Of a DNA stretch of 64,000 nucleotides, positions 54,098 to 64,000 are shown one piece after another. A program made the translations under genes and the position numbers. Source of the DNA: an uncultured Verrucomicrobiae bacterium (GTDB lineage: Bacteria > Verrucomicrobiota > Verrucomicrobiia > Chthoniobacterales > JAFAMB01). The stretch lies in contig CAWEXO010000008.1 of the NCBI GenBank assembly GCA_963813025.1, positions 224,001-288,000 on the forward strand, in the 5' to 3' direction. The stretch's first letter is position 1; each line of letters starts with the position of its first letter. The notes under the pieces are model-generated. The model saw nothing but the letters and a program-made list of their open reading frames with translations, was not told the DNA's origin and searched no databases.

Positions 54098-54853
54098 TTA
54101 CTTTTGAGAAATGGACTGGCTGAGCCAGTCCTCGAAGCGCGTTGGGCTGAGGCGGGGGTTATCTCCAGGGACGAGGCTCTGATCGTTAACCTCTATGCCG
54201 TAGTAGAGCGCACGGACGTCCGTAATCACCTTGCGTGGGTCGCCTTTTGCGCTCAAGAAACGCCGGACCAATTCATCCATTCGGATCGGTTCGGGACCGG
54301 CTACCTCGACCGTATCGTTTAATGGTTCGGCGATTGCGACATCGGCCAGGGCGGCAGCGAGATCATCCGACACGATGGGCTGCATGAGAGCGGATGGTAA
54401 CCGAACCGTTGCACCTTCGGTGGAGAATTGGGCGATGGCGCCCACGAACTCGAAGAACTGCGTGGCGCGGACGATCGTGAACGGAATCTTTGAGGCCTTG
54501 ATCAGATTTTCCTGGACCATTTTTGCACGGAAATAACCACTCGCCAGTAGGCGATCGGTGCCAACAACTGACAGGGCAACATGGTGCCCAACGCCAGCGG
54601 CACCTTCCGCAGCAAGAAGGTTTCGGCCTGATGTCTCGAAGAAGTCCAATACTGCCGTGTCCTCCCACGAAGGCGAGTTCGCTACGTCAACGACAACCTG
54701 AGCACCTGTAAGCGCTTTGGCTAAGCCCTCACCAGTGATGGTGTTTACGCCAGAAGAAGGTGACGCCGCCACTACCTCATGACCATGCTGCCGAAGGTTG
54801 TTCACGAGCTTTGTGCCGATGAGCCCGCTGCCGCCAATCACGACGATCTTCAT
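54098..54853 (-). CDS. NmrA/SDR-like NAD(P)H-binding protein
   Basis: MKIVVIGGSGLIG, HHVALSVVG, GYFRAK, IVRATQFFEF. Confidence 0.88.
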   Translation of the reverse strand: MKIVVIGGSGLIGTKLVNNLRQHGHEVVAASPSSGVNTITGEGLAKALTGAQVVVDVANSPSWEDTAVLDFFETSGRNLLAAEGAAGVGHHVALSVVGTDRLLASGYFRAKMVQENLIKASKIPFTIVRATQFFEFVGAIAQFSTEGATVRLPSALMQPIVSDDLAAALADVAIAEPLNDTVEVAGPEPIRMDELVRRFLSAKGDPRKVITDVRALYYGIEVNDQSLVPGDNPRLSPTRFEDWLSQSISQK

Positions 54854-54968
54854 ATGCTTATTCATATTGCTGGAGCTGAAAGATTTGCTTTTCATAACGG
54901 TAGCAGCATCAGGCAGGTTGTCATTTTTGTTAGCCATCGGCTTTCCATAACAGCTATTCACGAAATGA

Positions 54969-55110
54969 ATGACGGCATTCGATGATCTCTCGCTGCTCCG
55001 TACCTTTGTTTGCATCGTGGAGTGCGGCAGTATTTCTGCCGGGGCGCGCCGCTTGAAAAGCTTGAAAACTCCTCAGCCGACTTTAAGCCGTCATCTGCGC
55101 CTGCGCAGGG
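54969..55110 (+). pseudogene. LysR regulator HTH fragment
   Basis: DLSLLRTFVCIVECGSISAGARRL...QPTLSRHL; no effector domain. Confidence 0.8.
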
Positions 55111-55327
55111 TTGGTGAGAAAGTCCGATTCACCACCGACAGACCACGGTTTCCTGTTTAAAACGGTCTTTTGTCGGTCTGAAATACCCGTTTCGAAAAAC
55201 AAAGTTCGATTTATGCGAAGCTGGTGAGTAAAGTGGACCTCTTCAAGCCCGCCTTGAGCTCCCAAAGGGGACGGTGGCTTCGGGAGAACCAGGCCAAGTT
55301 CGCGTAAACGCGAACCCGGTTTGGCGC

Positions 55328-55500
55328 CGGTATCTGGAGTGTTTCTTCGCGGTGCCGATAATGGGCGCGGTGCTCCATACCGTGAACGTCCGCCTTTCGG
55401 CCGACCAAATTCTTTACACGATCAATCACGCCGAGGATGACGTCATTCTGATCAACAATAAGTTCCTTCCACTCCTGCAGCAGATCTGGGATCTGGTCAA
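55328..55500 (+). pseudogene. Fatty-acid/acyl-CoA ligase fragment (piece 2, continues 52511..52727)
   Basis: RYLECFFAVPIMGAVLHTVNVRLSADQILYTINHAEDDVILIN. Confidence 0.85.
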
Positions 55501-55556
55501 CGCTTTCTTCCTTCCACCAGTGAAATAGCCATCAATGGGAATTCGGTTACGATCGA

Positions 55557-56129
55557 AACCCTAGCCGGGCAAGGCAGCTAGGCCTCTCGACGATTTTCCA
55601 GGAACTTGCGCTGGTCGAAAACCTCACTGTCTTCGAAAACATCTTCCTGGGCAGAGAGATCGTTCGTCCGCTCTTTGGGTTGCCCATACTCGCCAAGAAG
55701 AAAATGCGAGATCGGGTAGTGCAATTGATCGATGAACTTGGTGCCCACATCCCATGGCCGACCTCTCTGATCTCGGACTTGTCCGGTGGTCAACGTCAGG
55801 CTGTGGCTATCGCGCGTGCCACCGATCTGGAGACAAAGTGGGTCATCATGGATGAACCAACAGCTGCACTCGCCGTGATCGAAACTGGTAAGGTACTAAG
55901 ACTGATTAAGCAGCTGCGCGACAACGGCAAAGCTGTGCTGCTTGTCAGCCATAATCTGAACGACGTTTTCGAAGTCGCAGACCGCATCGTAGTGCTGCGC
56001 CGCGGCCGGAAAGTGGCCGACTGCCAGCGGGCGGAGACCGACCTGGAGCAGGTTGTCAGTTGGATTACTGGAGCGAAACCCGGTTCTCAAACCCGGACAG
56101 CCAACTGGAGAAGAAGCCGAAGCCCATAA
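55557..56129 (+). pseudogene. Sugar ABC ATP-binding protein, 5'-truncated
   Basis: IFQELALVENLTVFENIFLGRE, LSGGQRQAVAIARA, MDEPTAAL; Walker A absent. Confidence 0.75.
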
Positions 56130-56309
56130 ACATAGCGAGCAGTTGCTCTTTTTGTTCAGTGGAGAGTTGCTAGCGGAATTGGATGATGAAGTCCGAAATT
56201 TGACAGATGGCAACGTCTAACTGCCCACCGGAGTGCCCGCCTGGCCAGAAAGGCTAAAGCTTCTTTTTGATCTGAGATTAGGAATGCGGCGCTCTCTCAG
56301 CGTGCGTAA

Positions 56310-57904
56310 TTACTTAGCAGAGGAGCTATCTGACAGAAGTGACAGTTCTACTACAAAGGTCGCTCCCTGCCCTGAACCGGTGCTGAAGGCACGCAGAGTG
56401 CCGTTGTGCCCTTCTATAGTTGCTTTTGCGATTGCTAAACCAAGACCCAGGCCTCCGAACTCACGGGTTATGGCCTCACTGGCTTGACTGAAAGGAGTAA
56501 AAATTCGTCCAGCGGCTTCCGGTTCAAAACCGATCCCATTGTCTGAAACTTCCACAACGATTCTTTCCTGAGTGCTTCGCGGGTCAAATTCATTACGCGA
56601 TTGCACGCGGATAATTCCTCCGGCAGAACTAAACTTGGACGCATTCTTCAGCAGATTCCAAAAAGCCTGTTGTAACCGGGCGGCGTCTCCGGATATGGCG
56701 TGAGCTGCGGCTTCCAGGCCCTGGTCAAAGCGCTGTTTTTTGGCGCTAAAATCTGGCATTGCTACTTCAATTGCACGGCGTAGAACGTCGTGGAGGTCTA
56801 GCGGCACTCGCGCAAGTTCCAGCTTACCGCGAGCGATACGAGTGACATCGAGCAGTTCGTCGATGAGGCTCACTTCGAGTTTCACGTTGCGGTCAATCAT
56901 CTCGAGGATTTCCTTGGCGCCCGGAGAAAGGTCTTTCTCTCGTGCCAGCATATGGATCCCCATAGCCACTGGGGTCAACGGAGCGCGCAATTCATGGCTC
57001 AGCACGGCTAAAAGATGATCTTTTGCTTGGCTTGCAGCTTCGGCTTCTGAGCGCGCCTTTTCCGTTTCGGCTAACGCGACGCTCAATTCTTCGTAGCTTT
57101 GCTCGAGCGCCAGCTGGGCCTTCCGAGCGGGAGTTTCATCGCGCAAAATCTTGACAAAGCCGACTGCCTCACCTTCGGGCACGGCTCTCATGGACAGCAA
57201 AGAGCCGCTACACCAAAAACGACTGCCGTCTTTCCGCACATGCCAACGCACATCAGCCGCACGGCCTCCGATCAGCGCCTGCGAAGTCTCCTTTAACGGA
57301 GCGCCGGCGGCCCGGTCCTCGGGAGTAAAGATGATGTCACAGAACTCTCCAGTAATTTCTTCTGCCGTATAGCCAAGTAATTGCTGAGCTCCTGAATTCC
57401 AGGACGTTATGCGCCGCTCAAGATCGGTAGAGAAGATGGCGTGCTCACGCGCGTTCTCCACGATTAACCGCAGCTTCTCTTCATTGGTGCGCAGCTGGTT
57501 TTCAAGTCGTTTGCTTTCAGAAGTATCCGCGAAGAGTAAAGCGACTCTTTTAGCGCCCGGACCACCAACGCGCGAGACGAATACATCTAACCAGCGATCG
57601 AGAGTTGGAATTCGCTCCTGAAAGCGGATCGAAATTCCAGTGCGGAGTACCTCAGCATAGCATTCAATCCAGGAAGACTCAACCTCTTGGAACAGCTCAC
57701 GAAAGGTTCTGCGAGGAGGATCGACCTTAGTCATTTCTCGCGCAAAAGCCGGATTGAATTCGGCATTCCGGAAACCCACTACGTCGCCAGCCGAATCCAT
57801 AATCGCCTCTTTGACTACGAACGGCTCGCCAATGGAGTTCAGCAGGTTTGATAGCGCTCTTCACTTCGGCGCCGTGCTTCTTCTAAATGGCCTTCATTGC
57901 CCAT
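56310..57904 (-). CDS. PAS-domain sensor histidine kinase (frameshift near 5' end)
   Basis: PAS motifs WNSGAQQLLGY and RKDGSRFW; H-box LSHELRAPL; NLLKNASKF, DNGIG, GGLGLGL. Upstream MGNEGHLEEARRRSEERY lies in another frame. Confidence 0.88.
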
Positions 57905-58045
57905 AGGTTTTAATGCGAATCCATTGCTAACGGATTACAAGTACGAGATTCAAACAACAGCGGATGGGACTGGCGCGAGTTTCAGTAGCATTAAAGTGCC
58001 AGCAGCGGAAACCGCGCGCGACGGCAGGCGCGATTTAGATGAAAG

Positions 58046-58444
58046 ATGGCCAACGCGGTTCCGCATCGTTTGAAGATCTTCATTGTTGAGAATCATCCTG
58101 ATACTCTGGCCATCATCACCTTGTATCTGAAGCAGATCGGGCACCAGGTACAATCAGCCCACGATATGAGATCAGCGCTGGCAGCCTTACCGCAAGCGGA
58201 CCCAGACGTGTTCATCAGCGACATTGGATTACCGGATGGCAGCGGCTTCGAGCTTCTCAGTCATGCCCACCTTTCACCACGTGTGTATACGGTTGCGATG
58301 AGCGGTTTCGGCATGAGTGCCGATCATGTAAAAAGCAAAGAAGCTGGGTATCGCCAGTTTCTCCTTAAGCCTTTTAATCCGGCGCAGCTAGATGAGATTT
58401 TGGACGAAGCGACTCGTTGGCATTCAGTAGTCCAGATTCCATGA
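58046..58444 (+). CDS. Single-domain response regulator (receiver)
   Basis: KIFIVENHPD, FISDIGLPDGSG, AMSGFG, LLKPF. Confidence 0.88.
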   Translation: MANAVPHRLKIFIVENHPDTLAIITLYLKQIGHQVQSAHDMRSALAALPQADPDVFISDIGLPDGSGFELLSHAHLSPRVYTVAMSGFGMSADHVKSKEAGYRQFLLKPFNPAQLDEILDEATRWHSVVQIP

Positions 58445-58573
58445 TATCGGACTCGGAAAAGGTGTTACGAGTAGGCGATCGAGAATGATGCAGATCTTTT
58501 TTGAAGTTTAACCAGTGCTTCGGACCGTTCCCAAGTTGATATCCATCAAGCTTGGCCATCGCGAGCGCTCTCC

Positions 58574-58672
58574 CCGAGCGAAAATCTCATTCCCTACGCC
58601 TCAACCAAAGCTGCCATCGCCAGCTTCACTCGTTCGCTCGCCAACCACGCCATGGAAAAGGGAGTTCGCGTG
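58574..58672 (+). pseudogene. SDR oxidoreductase, short internal fragment
   Basis: Manual translation PSENLIPYASTKAAIASFTRSLANHAMEKGVRV (YxxxK motif). Confidence 0.65.
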
Positions 58673-58881
58673 TCCTCGGCTGCAATGTTGCAGATTAGAT
58701 CGTAGAACGGTCGATACTTTTCCTTCCCGCGGAAGTTAAAGGACTGGAACGTGTAATTCATCAGGGTGGACATTTCCCCGAACTTTCCGCCCATCAGCTC
58801 CTGGACGGCAGCCGCAGCAGCGGGATTTGGAGACTCGGGAGTCGGCAGGTCAACAGCGATAAGATCGTACCGTTGGATCAT
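58673..58881 (-). pseudogene. Manganese catalase, N-terminal fragment
   Basis: PNPAAAAAVQELMGGKFGEMSTLMNYTFQSFNFRG...YDLICNIAAE, then the homology breaks. Confidence 0.82.
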
Positions 58882-59527
58882 GGCGCAACTGTTCGAACGA
58901 CATCAATATTAGCAGGGTAAGGAATCTCCCTGAAAGACTATTAAGGAGAAATCAGGCGCTTTCCCGTCCTTCCCGAGAGCTTCACAGCAAATCGGCGCTA
59001 AGATAGATAATTTATCGCCAGAAATGCGCGATACCTGCACGGCCACCACGATTCCGAGGCCCCAAAGCATCAAGAATTTTGATTCGGCAATCTTCGCCTC
59101 AAGACGAGAAACAGCAGCGTCGAGCCAACCATGGTGGCCCAGATCAAGTTTACGGAGTGGACGCTTGATGACCAACTTCGGCAGCCCGTGTTTTTAGGAT
59201 TGCGCTCTGACGAACCAGCTAAGGAGGTTTTTCGTCAATAAATATTTAGACCCTAAGAATGCGTTCGACGCATTGCAGTGGACTTAGCGTACAATCTTTC
59301 CCGGTGAATGTAGTGAGCCGGTATGGGCTCAAAGACGCGGACCAGGCATTAGGGCCGCAATAAAATGAGCTAAGTCACAAGAGATTTCTCCGGGGCCTGC
59401 AACTTCAGCAGGCGGATTTAGAATTCTGCCCTGGCCGCCGTTTGCGCAACGTGTTCCTAATCACACCGTGCTAAGAGCACTTCGGACGGGATGAGGCCGT
59501 CAAACGCCTGCCAAGGCTCTAAAGCGG

Positions 59528-59698
59528 TTAAGGAGAATTCTCGCCAGCTCCTTCCTCCCGATCCTCGGGAAGATCCCGTGTTTCGCCTTCGACCACTTCG
59601 TCAGACATCCCGCGTCCTCCGGTCTCTTCGGGAACTGGCTCCTCTGGGTCCATGTCCTTTCCGCCCTGGTCGACCGGGCCGTCATTGATCGAGTTCAT
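59528..59698 (-). CDS. Small acidic, probably disordered hypothetical protein (56 aa)
   Basis: Manual translation MNSINDGPVDQGGKDMDPEEPVPEETGGRGMSDEVVEGETRDLPEDREEGAGENSP*. Confidence 0.45.
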   Translation of the reverse strand: MNSINDGPVDQGGKDMDPEEPVPEETGGRGMSDEVVEGETRDLPEDREEGAGENSP

Positions 59699-59851
59699 AA
59701 TGTCCAAAGTTCGACCCCAGGGGTTTTTCCGGACGTGTCGGTGCAGTTATTCGTGCCTGGGAACGCTGCCCGCGAGCCAATAGGAACGTCCCCGTTAGCT
59801 TCAGACCAGCAGGGTCGGCGGGTAGAGTCGTCCGTCAGGAAACGGGTGATG

Positions 59852-60094
59852 TTAACGCGTGCTAGTGGGTCGGGTGGTAACACGCTCGTCACGGCGTCTA
59901 CCCAATAAGCCGGCGAGCCCGATTAGACCAAGCAACCCGATCCACCCATAGCCGTGATGCTCCTCTCGCTGCTCAACGGGAGTGTTTCCCGGAGAGGGAC
60001 TAGCGGTCTGAGCGGACACTCCTAATGGTACGAGTGAGACGCCAGCACAAAGAACTAGTATTGCCGTTTGTTTTCTAATAGTTGCGTACCTCAT
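59852..60094 (-). CDS. Small secreted/anchored protein with WGxxGxxG-CTERM-like tail
   Basis: Signal peptide plus GYGWIGLLGLIGLAGLLGRRR. Confidence 0.75.
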   Translation of the reverse strand: MRYATIRKQTAILVLCAGVSLVPLGVSAQTASPSPGNTPVEQREEHHGYGWIGLLGLIGLAGLLGRRRDERVTTRPTSTR

Positions 60095-60189
60095 TGACGG
60101 TTCATCGTGGCTGCGCTTGCTCACGGATGTATCCTTTCGCTTCCGCCTTTGTAGGCGGGCGAACCCCACTCCCGAAGGAAGCGGCTTCT

Positions 60190-60375
60190 GAACATGCCGT
60201 GTTTGTACCGTGGTCGCGTTTGCCGCGGAGAGCCGTTCATTTCGATGCCGATCACTTGGAAGGAGCTGTCCGGAGCCGTGAAACGCTGAGACGAGAGGCG
60301 GTGAAGCGTACGAAGCGGGTCGGCGATTTGTTTGAGCCAGTGCTCACGCTTCAGCAAATGTTACCCTCACCATTT
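60190..60375 (+). pseudogene. LigD polymerase-domain C-terminal remnant
   Basis: EPFISMPITWKEL and RVGDLFEPVLTLQQMLP, in different frames. Confidence 0.55.
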
Positions 60376-60399
60376 ACAGAAGCACTCGCTGCCGGACCG

Positions 60400-60704
60400 C
60401 CGACAGATTGTGGTCGGAGTTTGATGAGACGGGTGGCGCCGTCACTCTTTAAGATGCTCAGTTCGTGATCGAGAAAATCGAAGTGGATTTCAAACGCATA
60501 AAATCCACGCGGAATCAGTGACGTCGTTAGTCCGCGGGAAGTCACGTAAAGCGTGACATCCAGGAATGATTGATCCAAGGGGAGAGCGACAACCGAATCT
60601 TACCGACAATTTGCATCCACATGTGCAACGTCTCCGCCGTTGCTTGCCACTTGCCGAATGGCAATTCTGGCCAGAATTGGGCTCGTTGACTGTCGGAAAG
60701 CATC
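60400..60704 (-). pseudogene. DUF5996 family N-terminal fragment
   Basis: WPELPFGKWQATAETLHMWMQIVGKIRLSLSPWINHSW / VTLYVTSRGLTTSLIP...FEIHFDFLDHEL. Confidence 0.75.
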
Positions 60705-61413
60705 ATAAAAAACGATCAGCGGTAACGCCGTCAAAAGGCGAATGGCCCTTCGCAGACACTCTCCGTCACCTTGCGTCGGTCATGGGGAGCTTCCTTGGCC
60801 CAGATTCACAAGGTGGATTCGGGGCTCAAATCGATTACGCCCAAGGAAGCCATCGACGTCGTGCTCTGCTGGTGTCAAAAGTTGAAGATAACGAGAACTA
60901 TTATTAGTTAGTGAGACTAACGTCAGAATAAATTAGAATATTTTTAGTCTGAGCGTTCGAACAATTGGGCGTCGCATCGCGGCCTCGCAGAGAACGCCGT
61001 GTGACTTCAGAGATTATTTTGCGTGATTCCTCGGGAAAGGGTCGGTCAAGAACGCTTTGCTTTTGAAATCGTTCTTTAACTTGTGTGGTTCTCGTCCCAT
61101 CCTGCGTCAATCAGCTAATCGACGTCTTTTTTTGGTCCTGACTTGTAGCTGGACCATGCTTGGGCGCATCAGCGCGGTTTCGCCCGGATAGGGTTCTTGA
61201 AACCGGGTGGCACACACTCACACTGCCGTCCCACCGACCGAGAAGGTGGGGATTCATTTAGGAATTCTGCCGATTGTGACCCGGATTAAGCGCCAGCAGA
61301 ATCAAATCAGATCTCTTTGTTGGACGGTTCAAGTGCGCCGCCATTCAGATTAGTGCACCGGATCCGATACCAGACACCTTGTCGTAGTCGGTCGGGTCAA
61401 GTCCGCCGGCCAC

Positions 61414-62415
61414 TTATGGGCGGCCCGGCTTGGTCACCTCGATAAGGTCTCGGGGGGTTCCCGAGCGGCCGCCGAGCGCCGCCGCGAGCGCCCCGAGCAA
61501 CAGGGCCACTGTAGCGGCAAAGCCGCCCTTGGCTGCGCCTTTGCGCGCGGCGTCGGCTGCCTGCTGGGCTTGAGCCTTCGCCTGGTCGGCTATTTGCTGA
61601 GCCTTTGCTTGCGCTTGCTTGTAAGTTTGTTCAAAACCGTTCACGACCTGCTCGGCGTCCGAATGGCTTTTGCCGGTGCGGCTCATCACGGCGTTGATCA
61701 AAGCCTCGTGGTCAGTGGCACTAACCCCTCCTGGGTTCTGGAAGGCGCGAGTGATCAAACCCATAAGGTCAGCGTTGGAGGCCTGATTTTGCGGGTTTCC
61801 GGCAGCATGCGAGAGTTCGTCGACCTGCCCCTGGATGCCGGATAGGTCCACGCCGCTGTTCTGAAGTGTCTGCTTGGCGGCGTTTACAAGGCCGGGCGCG
61901 GCGCTGGCGGCCCCTTGGCCGGCGGCAGATACCACTGAGGAGATCAGACTGCCCGCACCGCCGATGATCGCACCGAGGCCGCTGGTCAAAAGGTAAAAGC
62001 CCACCAGTGTGGTAAGTCCGAAGGTAACCAACCCATGAAGTATACCGTCCCGCTGATGAGGAAACCCTGCCAGCCGACCAGCCACATGACCTCCGATGAA
62101 AAGGGAAACCAACACGCTCAGCAGTGTGTAGATCGCCGTTCCGATGCCCCAGTTTCCGGCCGATTGGGTGTCATATGGATCGAAGGCGCTGGCGCCCAAA
62201 CCGAATCCAAGCAGGCTGAAGGCGAGCTGGGTGACTAGCGCCATCACGACGCCGGCAAAGATCGCACCCCAGGAGATGCGCTTCGAAACCGCCACGGCTC
62301 CGTACAGGGGTGGTCCGCCTTCAGCGACGTATTCTCGTGGGTTCAAGGGAGTGCTTTCTGCAGAGCCCGGGACCTTGCGGTAGGGATCATCGGTGGTAGC
62401 CATAAATACAGCCAT
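61414..62415 (-). CDS. Conserved hypothetical membrane protein
   Basis: RISWGAIFAG, several TM helices, GGHVAGRLAG, DGILHGL, Ala/Gln-rich coiled region, C-terminal TM. Confidence 0.8.
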   Translation of the reverse strand: MAVFMATTDDPYRKVPGSAESTPLNPREYVAEGGPPLYGAVAVSKRISWGAIFAGVVMALVTQLAFSLLGFGLGASAFDPYDTQSAGNWGIGTAIYTLLSVLVSLFIGGHVAGRLAGFPHQRDGILHGLVTFGLTTLVGFYLLTSGLGAIIGGAGSLISSVVSAAGQGAASAAPGLVNAAKQTLQNSGVDLSGIQGQVDELSHAAGNPQNQASNADLMGLITRAFQNPGGVSATDHEALINAVMSRTGKSHSDAEQVVNGFEQTYKQAQAKAQQIADQAKAQAQQAADAARKGAAKGGFAATVALLLGALAAALGGRSGTPRDLIEVTKPGRP

Positions 62416-62669
62416 GATTCGCGACGGGGATCATCGTTGGTTGTCACAGAATGAGAAAAAAGCCCGGCCTCAATCTCACTGTGATCGAATTGAAGACGTT
62501 TTTTGCTGCGGGAAGCGCAGCAGTGTGATCCGAGTCTGGCCGTCCGGGCTTTTCTGCCGACCGAGAGCTTGGCGAGATCGAGGAAATAGCCGCTTATCGC
62601 AACCTCCTTCATCTCGTCAATGGTAAGCGACTCCCCACGCCTGGGAAACCGAAGAAGGCCAGAGCGACT

Positions 62670-63050
62670 GCACGATGCGCTTGGCACTATCGACATCCTT
62701 GTGAACAATGCCGCTTTCCAGCAGGCCTAGGAAACATTCGAGGACAATTTCCGATGAGGAGTTTGAGGAAACATATCGCGTAAATGTTTTCGGCATATTC
62801 CGACTTTGCAAGGCGATCCTCCCGCAGATGAAAGCGGGCGCATCTATTATTAACACGGGATCGATTCAGTCCTTCGATCCCAGTCCGCCTTTGATCGCCT
62901 ATGCCTCGACCAAGGCGGCTATTGTCAGCTTACCCGGTCGCTTTCTAGCTTTGCGATGAAGCAAGGCGTGCGAGTCAACGCCGTCGCGCCGGGTCCTGTT
63001 TGGACGCCACTGATTCCCTCCACGATGCCCCAGGAGAAGGTGAAGAACTC
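62670..63050 (+). pseudogene. YghA-like SDR oxidoreductase remnant
   Basis: IDILVNNAAFQ, IINTGSIQ, AYASTKAAI, VNAVAPGPVWTPLIP, spread over frames with a stop. Confidence 0.8.
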
Positions 63051-63529
63051 TGTGACCCTGCGAACGACCAGCCCACAGACGAGATCCTTTTTACGCCGCG
63101 AAAGCTCTTCCGCTTTGCGCCTCAACCTCCCAGCTTCAGAGTTCGCGCCTGTTCGCGAATTCTGAACCAACACTGTGGAGCGGCTACGATCCGAAAATCG
63201 AATAAAGTTCTGAAGCGTTGCAGACGCTCTATGCAATTTGACCTGATCGTCCATCGCCCTCTTCGGCACTTTCCGGAATCAGCATGCCAGCCCTAATCTT
63301 GGAGATTGGACGACCCGCCTTTCACCAGTCGCTTAAGTGATCACGGAAACTCAACGAACAAGGCCATGAATGGCGTAAACGCGGCGTATCGCCCTCGAGC
63401 AATTCCGAAGCCGCCTCAGGCGCGCTCTGATTGCGGCAAACATTTGGTTCGTCGTCCTGGCGGCTTCGTCGGAACGTCCGGTTCCAGTTCGCGACACGAA
63501 CTGGTTGAACCTTTAGAAGGAGTAAAAGA

Positions 63530-64000
63530 ATGGGATCTACGACTCATACAATCGAAGTAAATGCACCGTTAAGAGCGGTTTACAATCAGTGGACACAGTT
63601 TGAGGACTTCCCTCATTTTATGGAGGGCGTCCAGGAGGTGCGCCAGGAAGGAGATAAAAACCTGTTCTGGAAGGCCCAAGTTGGCGGTAAAGAAAAGTCC
63701 TGGGAAGCAGAAATTGTCGACCAGGTTCCTGACCAACGGATCGCCTGGGAAAGCACGTCAGGGGCTCCCAATTCAGGAGAAGTCATTTTCGAAGAATTGG
63801 ATGCAGGACGAACACGAGTAACGCTGACGATGGATTACGAACCTGAAGGCATGCTTGAGAAGGCCGGCGATGCGCTCGGCATTCCATCAGGGCGCGTGGA
63901 AGGCGATCTGAAACGCTTTCGCGACTATATCGAATCCAGAGGCGCTGAAACCGGTGGTTGGCGGGGCGAGATCGAAGGCGGTGCCACACCGGGAGTGCCG
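63530..64000 (+). CDS. SRPBCC (polyketide cyclase/dehydrase-like) family protein, runs off window end
   Basis: AAGGAG RBS; manual translation MGSTTHTIEVNAPLRAVYNQWTQFEDFPHFM...PDQRIAW...GDLKRFRDYIESRG.ETGGWRGEI. Confidence 0.9.
   Translation, partial: MGSTTHTIEVNAPLRAVYNQWTQFEDFPHFMEGVQEVRQEGDKNLFWKAQVGGKEKSWEAEIVDQVPDQRIAWESTSGAPNSGEVIFEELDAGRTRVTLTMDYEPEGMLEKAGDALGIPSGRVEGDLKRFRDYIESRGAETGGWRGEIEGGATPGVP

Noticed and set aside
56310..58444. Hybrid kinase split by a second inversion
   Set aside because: The HK has a clean stop and the receiver has its own start; no bounding inverted repeats were found.
60810..60850. IS1-like transposase remnant (GFGAQIDYAQ)
   Set aside because: Only about 10 residues resemble the family, which is too short to support a call.

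Overview
A bacterial window of about 55-60% GC by eye. Gene content and repeat families suggest a soil PVC-group organism, possibly Verrucomicrobiota (inference only). Single-base frameshifts cluster in a few genes and look like long-read consensus errors. From left to right: (1) a frameshifted NLR-like STAND gene (DUF4062-like N-terminus, nSTAND ATPase, TM helix, 15 near-identical 123-bp WD40 repeats with hypervariable positions, TPR-like tail); (2) two sugar-uptake loci, one a GH116 hydrolase with a CUT1 ABC transporter and LacI regulator, the other a CUT2 ABC transporter with a SIS isomerase; (3) YihY, a G1P-dehydrogenase-like gene, Mut7-C, an isolated actC-actD pair from alternative complex III, and two orphan sugar-binding proteins; (4) a ~17.5-kb biosynthetic cluster built around a single-module highly reducing type I PKS (KS-AT-DH-cMT-ER-KR-ACP), with a free-standing condensation protein, desaturase, MacB-type ABC exporter and LolA-like protein, plus a divergent AsnB amidotransferase, lipoprotein amidase and secreted TPR protein; (5) a ~15-kb zone of gene fragments, including an acyl-CoA ligase split by a 2.8-kb inversion between 10-bp inverted repeats. 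Three families of REP/MITE-like palindromes are present. No rRNA, tRNA or CRISPR array was recognised. The best candidates for an undescribed system are the PKS cluster and the NLR-like receptor.
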